DNA from: an uncultured Candidatus Saccharibacteria bacterium | GTDB lineage: Bacteria; Patescibacteriota; Minisyncoccia; Phycocordibacterales; JACOZG01 | Length of the DNA: 64,000 bases | NCBI GenBank assembly: GCA_964651115.1 | Contig: CAZYXJ010000001.1 | Coordinates: 42,273-106,272, forward strand | Reading direction: 5' to 3' | Shown: in pieces, positions 58,082-64,000 of the stretch | Layout: each line of letters begins with the position of its first letter | Numbering within the stretch: the stretch's first letter is position 1 | Notes under the pieces: model-generated | Told to the model about the DNA's origin: nothing | The model's database searches: none | What the model saw: only the letters and a program-made list of their open reading frames with translations | Made by a program: the position numbers and the translations under genes

Positions 58082-59158
58082 CTATTCTTCCCGCTGAGGA
58101 GCATCGACCAACTCCAGGGCCAAGCCGGGCGCCGCGCCCGAGATCCGCATCACGTCCTTGTCGATTTTTTTAAGCTCCTTACTGCCGTTATTAAAATGAT
58201 TAACCACGGTGCCCAGCGAGTTGCCTAATTTAAGGTGGTACTCCTCGTAGGCCTTGAGGTGCTTACCAAGCTCGGCCACGCGCTTAACAATCTCTTGCGC
58301 CTTCTCCTCAATCTTCATCGCGTTTAAGCCCTGCAGCACCGTTTGCAAATAAGCCAGGAAGGAAGTTGGCGAAACGATAATGACGTGATACTTACTGGCC
58401 GCGCGCTGGATCAAATTTTCCGTATCATCCTTTAGTGCGCCGACGGTGTTGACCAAGAGATCGTAATAAATGGCCTCATGCGGAATAAACATAAAGGCAA
58501 ACTCAAGCGTCCCCCGCTCCGGCTGGATATACTTGGCCGTCTCCTGGATCCGCAGCTTAAGATCGCTCACGAACAATTTTTCTAATCGTTCGCGCTCGGC
58601 TGGCTCGCGCTCGGCCACCAAGCGATTATAGTTCTCCAGCGAAAATTTGGAGTCCACGGGAATAATCTTGTCGCGCACAAACACCGCCGCGTCCACAATC
58701 GTGCCGTCGGGAAAGGGGTACTGCATCTGGAAGGAGCCGGGTGGGAGCACATTTTTTAGCAAAGTTTCTAAATAATACTCGCCCAAGATCCCCCGCTGTT
58801 TGGGATTTTTTAAAATATCTTGCAGATCGCGAAGCTGTTCGGTAAAGTTCATCACCTGCTTTTGCCCCTCACCCACTCGCGCCAGCTCGCTGGTGATCTC
58901 GCGAATAATTTTGGTTGATTCGGAAAACTGGCTCCGCAAAGAATCCTGCATCCAGCGACTAGATTCGGTGAGCTTGCCATCCATCAAGCGGCCAAACTCA
59001 CTTATCGCCCGCGCCTGCTCGGCCAACTGGCTCTGGATCAAGAGAAGGCCCTGATCGTTGCCAGGCGCCGGGGCCTCTTTTTGGCGACGCAGGAGCCAGA
59101 CGATGACGCCAACGGCCGCCACCAAGAGCCCGATCAAAACATAAAAGCTTGCCTCCAT
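58082..59158 (-). CDS. rmuC: DNA recombination protein RmuC
   Basis: N-terminal TM, coiled coil, K.RG.LGE, VDSKF, KYI.P..GT..FA.MFIP.E, VSPT. Confidence 0.93.
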   Translation of the reverse strand: MEASFYVLIGLLVAAVGVIVWLLRRQKEAPAPGNDQGLLLIQSQLAEQARAISEFGRLMDGKLTESSRWMQDSLRSQFSESTKIIREITSELARVGEGQKQVMNFTEQLRDLQDILKNPKQRGILGEYYLETLLKNVLPPGSFQMQYPFPDGTIVDAAVFVRDKIIPVDSKFSLENYNRLVAEREPAERERLEKLFVSDLKLRIQETAKYIQPERGTLEFAFMFIPHEAIYYDLLVNTVGALKDDTENLIQRAASKYHVIIVSPTSFLAYLQTVLQGLNAMKIEEKAQEIVKRVAELGKHLKAYEEYHLKLGNSLGTVVNHFNNGSKELKKIDKDVMRISGAAPGLALELVDAPQREE

Positions 59159-59237
59159 TGCCCTCTATCGTACCACGCGTCCGGTCCCCCACCAACGGTT
59201 GCGAACGAATAAAAATATGGTACCATTACTGCCGAAC

Positions 59238-59277
59238 GGCCCTATCGTCCCTGCCTGCGCAGGCAGGTAATGGCTAG
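59238..59277 (+). repeat. Duplicated 5' 22 nt of tRNA-Glu interrupted by an 18-bp perfect palindrome
   Basis: GGCCCTATCGTC[CCTGCCTGCGCAGGCAGG]TAATGGCTAG compared with tRNA 59324-59345. Confidence 0.85.
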
Positions 59278-59323
59278 TGATGTTCCGGATAAAACAAAAA
59301 GAATCGTTTCGTAAATAACATAA

Positions 59324-59398
59324 GGCCCTATCGTCTAATGGCTAGGACATCACCCTCTCACGGTGGTAATCGGGGTTCGACTCCCCGTAGGGTCACCA
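59324..59398 (+). tRNA. tRNA-Glu (anticodon CTC)
   Basis: Cloverleaf: GGCCCTA/TAGGGTC acceptor, anticodon loop CT-CTC-AC, GGTTCGA T-loop, encoded CCA. Confidence 0.96.
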
Positions 59399-59438
59399 AG
59401 TCGTGCTGAGTCTGTATGCACGAGAAGCGTCGAAAAAT

Positions 59439-59945
59439 ATGGAACAAATTCTCAAGTTAAATCCAAGCAATATCACCGATGAAGCGTCTGCCCGCCTAAA
59501 AACAAGGTTCGCTTCTAGGGGTGTTGTTTTTGACGGGGATAAAAATGTAGCTCTTCTGCCAGTAACGGCTCATAACTATTACAAACTTCCTGGCGGCGTG
59601 ATAGAAGATGGTGAGGATAAGGTGGAAGCTTTTCGCCGAGAATGTTTGGAGGAAATCGGTACGGATGTGGATGTAATCCAGGAACTCGGTTCAGTGGTGG
59701 AATATCGGGCAGAATTTTCTCTGGTTCAAACATCCTACTGCTATGTCGGCAAAATAAAAGGTGAAAAACATAAAGCTACATTTACTCAACACGAGCTAGA
59801 TAGTGGTTTTCGAGATGCAATTTGGCTACCACTGGAGAAAGCTATTGAGCTCATGGAAAGTCAGGCCGATAATCATGAGGGCAAATATGTTGTTGAGAGA
59901 GATACTTTCTTACTGAAAAAAGTTGGGGCCTTAAAAACTATCTAG
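59439..59945 (+). CDS. NUDIX hydrolase
   Basis: Nudix box GGVIEDGEDKVEAFRRECLEEIG; start ATG 59439. Confidence 0.92.
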   Translation: MEQILKLNPSNITDEASARLKTRFASRGVVFDGDKNVALLPVTAHNYYKLPGGVIEDGEDKVEAFRRECLEEIGTDVDVIQELGSVVEYRAEFSLVQTSYCYVGKIKGEKHKATFTQHELDSGFRDAIWLPLEKAIELMESQADNHEGKYVVERDTFLLKKVGALKTI

Positions 59946-59947
59946 CC

Positions 59948-59994
59948 AAAAACCCCCTGATCAACACTCGGTGTTGATCAGGGGGGGGGGGTGA
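59948..59994 (+). repeat. REP-like palindromic element, copy 2
   Basis: AAAAACCCCCTGATCAACACTCGGTGTTGATCA-G11-TGA. Confidence 0.85.
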
Positions 59995-60065
59995 CAGGGG
60001 TTCTTAAAAAAAATTAGGGGGCGCTCGAGAAGCATAATTAATGGCTTTTCTGCTATCATACTATT

Positions 60066-60608
60066 ATGAATAGCTCAGTCATCGTTCTAAACGGTCCAAT
60101 GTGTGCAGGAAAAAGCACGATCACAAAGCTACTGATGCAGAATAATAATGTTTTTCGTGGTTCTTATGATGCAGTTAAGTGGCTTATAAGTAACTATTCT
60201 GCCGACAATGAAAATCATAGAAGAATTGCAAAAGAAGTAATTTTCAGTGCAATAACTACTGCTATTGAATCTGGTTTATCTATTGTTATAGATGGCGGTT
60301 TTGCAGATTTTAGAAACAGATACAAAGAACTTGCTCAAAAGTTTAATTTTGAGTATATAAGTCTAAATATTGAGGCGCCTATCAAAGTTTTAGAAAAAAG
60401 ATTCTTGGAACGAGTTAATTCCGCTAACCAAGTAAATAGTAAGACTATCAGTGTAACAACGCTAGAAGGTTTTTATTCTCGATATCAATGGTATTTGAGT
60501 ACCAACAAAGATTTTGATGGAATTACCTTTGATTCGAGTAAATTAACAGCAGAAGAGATTGTTACCGAAATTATAAAATTAACCAAAGTCCGCCACATGG
60601 CGGGCTAG
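60066..60608 (+). CDS. P-loop kinase (AAA_33/nucleotide-kinase-like)
   Basis: GPMCAGKST Walker A, IVIDG, R...R lid, DSS.L; very AT-rich. Confidence 0.85.
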   Translation: MNSSVIVLNGPMCAGKSTITKLLMQNNNVFRGSYDAVKWLISNYSADNENHRRIAKEVIFSAITTAIESGLSIVIDGGFADFRNRYKELAQKFNFEYISLNIEAPIKVLEKRFLERVNSANQVNSKTISVTTLEGFYSRYQWYLSTNKDFDGITFDSSKLTAEEIVTEIIKLTKVRHMAG

Positions 60609-60648
60609 GTAGGGTCGCGAGTCGAGTGAACACGCGAGAACTTGTGAC

Positions 60649-60667
60649 CGACTCCCCGTAGGGTCAC
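60649..60667 (+). repeat. att-like duplicate of the tRNA-Glu 3' end
   Basis: Exact 19-nt match to 59378-59396. Confidence 0.88.
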
Positions 60668-60716
60668 AAAGTCCTTGAGCTTGACAAATACTTAAAATAT
60701 AACATACTTATTAGGA

Positions 60717-60823
60717 TTCCTTAGCTTGTTGCTAGGGAAAATTAACAAACGTCTCTGGGGGTCCGCCCCCTCGTCCGGTCCGCCGGAGACAAAGAGACCA
60801 ACGCGCCTCCGTGGTGCAAGGAG
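60717..60823 (+). promoter_or_regulatory. Structured 5' leader with repeated UCCG loops
   Basis: Downstream of TTGACA (60681); a hairpin, a 3-way junction with two TCCG-capped stems, and a third TCCG stem abutting the SD. Confidence 0.5.
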
Positions 60824-60829
60824 CTTGAG

Positions 60830-61426
60830 ATGTCGAATGTAACTTGGGTCGCCTGCGGTCTGGTTGCCGCGAGCATGATCCTGGCGAAGGTCTGGTCAAA
60901 AGTAGCGTCCAGGCGCTTCTTGAAACGTAAATCTTCGTTTTCCTCGGTGCTCAGGTGCGCCGAGGACATGGGCTTCGGGAACCTCTCCCGAGTCCTTCAA
61001 CGCCTCCGGATTATCAAGGTGTTCGAAAGCGGAGAGGGCAATCTTCGAGTCGAGATAAACACTCGACTCCTCTCAACCAAGAGAAGGGGTTTATACTTGG
61101 TTGACAACGACCTGGCATTGATATCGCTCGGTTCGATTCTCCACGCCCGCCCAGACGATGAAGCGCTCTGGCAACAGGTTGCCAGCTTTATCGTCGACGA
61201 GAGTCACAGGTGTCCCAAAAATAGGACGCTGGCGATAGAGACAATGATCTCTTTGCTGGCGCGGCGACACAACGAGATCTTCGAGCCAATGAAAACTCGG
61301 TGCAAAGACCTCGTGAGCGCGCACCAGATGATCGACCGGGCACGGGAAACGGCTCACCAAATCCGGCGAGCTGGCGGTGACCCGGACGGGTGTGCCGTTG
61401 AACTCCGAGACGACGTGCTGGCCTAA
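60830..61426 (+). CDS. Orphan protein with N-terminal TM and helical body
   Basis: 198-aa ORF, SD AAGGAG, own terminator. Confidence 0.65.
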   Translation: MSNVTWVACGLVAASMILAKVWSKVASRRFLKRKSSFSSVLRCAEDMGFGNLSRVLQRLRIIKVFESGEGNLRVEINTRLLSTKRRGLYLVDNDLALISLGSILHARPDDEALWQQVASFIVDESHRCPKNRTLAIETMISLLARRHNEIFEPMKTRCKDLVSAHQMIDRARETAHQIRRAGGDPDGCAVELRDDVLA

Positions 61427-61437
61427 ACCGCCAGCAC

Positions 61438-61480
61438 CACCCCTGAAAAAAGCACTCGCTTTTTTCAGGGGTGCTTTTTT
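61438..61480 (+). terminator. Intrinsic terminator
   Basis: 16-bp stem CACCCCTGAAAAAAGC/GCTTTTTTCAGGGGTG followed by CTTTTTT. Confidence 0.8.
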
Positions 61481-61495
61481 GTTTTATTTTTTAAA

Positions 61496-62791
61496 TTACC
61501 GCTTCTTCCACTCGGGGTCTTGGCGGACGAGGAGTTCGGCGGCGCGGGCGGGTTCGGCCATGATCTCCTCCACCACTTTTTCTAGACGAATGGATTGTGA
61601 CCCCTTAACTAGCACGATATCACCCGGCTGGAGCAAGGCCTGCAACTTCTCCCCCACCCCCTGCCACGTATCAAAATGGAGCATCTGCTTCTTAAGCATT
61701 TTATGTTGATGAGCGGCCTCGGCCAAAAATTTGGTTCTCATCCCCACCGTAATTAAAAAATCTATTTTAGCGGCGGCCACTTGTTCTCCGGCCCGCCGAT
61801 GCGCCTCGATCGTCAGCGGTCCAAGCTCCAACATATCACCCAAAACAGCCAAGCGCCGACCAGACGCACCCATTTTAGAAAAAGTTTCGATTGCGGCCTC
61901 AAGCGCCGCGGGTGAAGAATTGTAACTATCATCCACGATCAAGGTCTCTTTAATCCCCGGAATCAACCGAAAACGGCCCGGTGGAGTTTCTAGATAAGCC
62001 AGCGATTCGGCAATTTCGACTAAATTAAGACCAACAAACTGGCCCACCGCGACGGCCGCCATCACGCCATACAACTGATGAGGCGCGGCCAGACCCCTAA
62101 TCCGCACTGGTAAATTGTGCCCAGCGGTGGCCAGCTTAAAACTTAATCCCTTGAGCACCCCCTCTTCCATCAAGGACTCTGGATGCTCGCCCCGGATAGT
62201 TAGTCCCTGGCCAAAGCCGTAAGTCACCACCGGAGCCGCCAGACCTCGTGAGCGCGCCATAATCCGCTCATCGTCACCGTTTAAAATTACCTGCCCCGCG
62301 GCCGGGACGGCGCGAGCTAATTTCATCTTCTCCTCGGCCACCTCTTCGGGTGACGAAAAATATTCCACGTGGACCGGCACTTCGGGCAAGCGGGTAACAA
62401 TCGCGACATCAAATTTAACCCAACTAGTAATCCAATCAATGTCGCCGGGCTGTTCCACCCCCACCTCCAACACCAACCACTCCGGGTAAGGACTTTTAAA
62501 CAAAATGAGACTGGCTCCCTCCACAATATTTTTTAACCACCCCGACAAACTCCACCACGCATTAGGCAAATTTAAAATCGTCAGCGGCACACCCAACTCT
62601 CCGTTGAAACTTTTGGCGCTTTGCCGGACCTGGTAACGCGAACGAAGCACGGCGGCCACCGCCTCTTTTGTCCCCGTCTTGCCGACACTACCAGTAATCC
62701 CCACAATTTTGGGGCGATATTTACGGAGAACCAACTTGGCCTCCCAACGAATAATGGCGATAACAATCGAGCGTAAAAAGTGGCGAGCCAT
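61496..62791 (-). CDS. murF: UDP-MurNAc-tripeptide--D-Ala-D-Ala ligase
   Basis: GITGSVGKT, SFN.ELGVP, DDSYNSSP, LGDMLELG, VKGSQ. Confidence 0.93.
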   Translation of the reverse strand: MARHFLRSIVIAIIRWEAKLVLRKYRPKIVGITGSVGKTGTKEAVAAVLRSRYQVRQSAKSFNGELGVPLTILNLPNAWWSLSGWLKNIVEGASLILFKSPYPEWLVLEVGVEQPGDIDWITSWVKFDVAIVTRLPEVPVHVEYFSSPEEVAEEKMKLARAVPAAGQVILNGDDERIMARSRGLAAPVVTYGFGQGLTIRGEHPESLMEEGVLKGLSFKLATAGHNLPVRIRGLAAPHQLYGVMAAVAVGQFVGLNLVEIAESLAYLETPPGRFRLIPGIKETLIVDDSYNSSPAALEAAIETFSKMGASGRRLAVLGDMLELGPLTIEAHRRAGEQVAAAKIDFLITVGMRTKFLAEAAHQHKMLKKQMLHFDTWQGVGEKLQALLQPGDIVLVKGSQSIRLEKVVEEIMAEPARAAELLVRQDPEWKKR

Positions 62792-62801
62792 CGTAAAAAG
62801 A

Positions 62802-64000
62802 TTAGCGGTCCGGGGGCACTTGATAATAGTTTATCAAAAAGTTGGTCAGATTCATAAACGGCTGAGTGAGGGTCTCGGAAGCGTACTGCACCCCCTGGGG
62901 GTAAACCACATACAAAAAGGTTAAGAAGCGTGGCGCCGAAGCCGGAAAGTAACCAAAGAAGGAATGGAGGTAACGATCGGCATAGTAACCACCAGCCGGA
63001 TTAGCCATTTGGGCCGTTCCGGTTTTGGCCGCCACCTGATAATGTTCGAGCTTGGCCTTGCCGCCCGCCAACGACTCATCCACCACGCGCACCAACATCC
63101 GACTAATTTCGGCACTGGTCTCGGGCCGCAAAACGGTTCGGCCCGGTAGCGGAGTAACCTCGCTCGACAACCGACTATTGTAACGATCAAACCGCGCCAC
63201 GACGTACGGGGTCACCAACTTACCGCCGTTCGCCAACACCGCCAAAGCTCGCGCCATGGCAATGGGAGTGACGGCAATCCCCTGCCCAAAAGAGGCCGTG
63301 GCGTACTCAACCTCGCGCGGACTAGCTAAGTTTTTTAACAAGCCCGTGCCCTCGCTCGGTAAATCGATCCCCGTCTTTTCGTTTAAACCATAACCATAAA
63401 AATAATCGCGAAATTTGGACTTACCCAAACTCTGCATCGCAAAAACCGCTCCCGTATTTAGCGACTGATTAAGTACTTGCTGCATCGACACGGTGCCATG
63501 ACTTTTACCATCATGATTCATGATCGGACGACCATCAATCACCAAGCGACCGGTGTCGACGTAGGTGGTGTCGGCCGTAATCGTCCCGGCATCCAAGGCG
63601 GCCGCCACCGTAAGCGGCTTAATAATCGAACCCATTTCGTAAACCTTGCTCACCAGAGGGTTGGTGAGAATCGAGATATCGCTCTGGCGGCCGCCGGGAT
63701 CAAAGCTGGGCGCCGCCGCCATCGCCACCACCGCGCCGGTGGTTGGCTCCAGCACGATACCACCAACTTCGGCGGCGGCATAACGCTCGCGCACCAAGGC
63801 TAATTCCTTTTCTAAATTAAGCTGGACCTCCGGCTCAATCGTCAGCACTAAATCGGCCTCGGTTTGCGTCAGTTGGCCAGAGGCCGTCCCGCGGATCTCC
63901 GCAAAAGCCCGGCCCAAAAAATTAAGAAAAGTTTGGGTCGGATCACGCTCCAAAATTTGGTTATACTGCCGCTCTAAACCATAACGTCCGGTGCGCGTGT
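62802..64000 (-). CDS. ftsI: Class B penicillin-binding protein (FtsI/PBP2-like), 5' partial
   Basis: GRYGLE at the window edge, SIIK (SxxK), SLN, KTGT; adjacent to murF. Confidence 0.88.
   Translation of the reverse strand, partial: TRTGRYGLERQYNQILERDPTQTFLNFLGRAFAEIRGTASGQLTQTEADLVLTIEPEVQLNLEKELALVRERYAAAEVGGIVLEPTTGAVVAMAAAPSFDPGGRQSDISILTNPLVSKVYEMGSIIKPLTVAAALDAGTITADTTYVDTGRLVIDGRPIMNHDGKSHGTVSMQQVLNQSLNTGAVFAMQSLGKSKFRDYFYGYGLNEKTGIDLPSEGTGLLKNLASPREVEYATASFGQGIAVTPIAMARALAVLANGGKLVTPYVVARFDRYNSRLSSEVTPLPGRTVLRPETSAEISRMLVRVVDESLAGGKAKLEHYQVAAKTGTAQMANPAGGYYADRYLHSFFGYFPASAPRFLTFLYVVYPQGVQYASETLTQPFMNLTNFLINYYQVPPDR

Larger units (their letters stand above)
59378..60667 (+). mobile_element. 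tRNA-anchored mini-island (about 1.27 kb, no integrase)
   Basis: 19-bp direct repeat CGACTCCCCGTAGGGTCAC at 59378-59396 and 60649-60667 enclosing two AT-richer genes. Confidence 0.7.

Noticed and set aside
57903-58097. 64-aa ORF in the SDR-rmuC gap
   Set aside because: It starts at the TTG of the -35 box and runs through the terminator, so the region is better explained as promoter plus structured RNA.
59238-59398. Intron-containing or second tRNA gene
   Set aside because: The downstream tRNA is complete by itself, and the upstream copy stops after 22 nt with no anticodon or T arm of its own.
1-64000. Alternative genetic code (UGA=Gly, as in Gracilibacteria/Absconditabacteria)
   Set aside because: Conserved genes are full-length under code 11, and TGA ends genes such as dnaK, ftsW and cysS.

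Overview
A gene-dense bacterial chromosome segment in the standard genetic code that looks like Patescibacteria/CPR, probably Parcubacteria. That call is an inference from the compact aminoacyl-tRNA synthetases, DUF5671-type and FtsA-like/baseplate-J-like genes, bL9 presence and lack of central-metabolism genes. Core content: six aaRS genes (leuS, alaS, trpS, aspS, gltX, cysS), the infA-rpmJ-rpsM-rpsK-rpsD-rpoA-rplQ-rplM-rpsI block, grpE-dnaK-dnaJ, scpAB, mraY-ftsW-murG, murF, a partial class B PBP, dnaB, recR, rmuC, mnmA and tRNA-Glu(CTC). Main observations: (1) a cluster at 28.1-32.8 kb with a PurD-like ATP-grasp ligase, an EamA transporter, a 41-aa membrane peptide, a SET methyltransferase and a 7TM histidine kinase whose sensor half alone is low-GC, a candidate signal-synthesis/sensing cassette; (2) core genes are leaderless or lack Shine-Dalgarno sites, while about 11 orphan genes carry strong ones, and several of these look like secreted or diderm-type proteins; (3) two promoter-terminator bounded candidate small RNAs and a UCCG-loop leader; (4) a tRNA-Glu flanked by both 5' and 3' partial duplications, a 1.27-kb integrase-free mini-island and a repeated G11 hairpin; (5) a palindromic dif-like 11-6-11 site where gene orientation converges, near the change in base skew. 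No CRISPR array, rRNA, transposase, integrase or prophage was seen. All family calls come from reading motifs by eye; no database searches were run.
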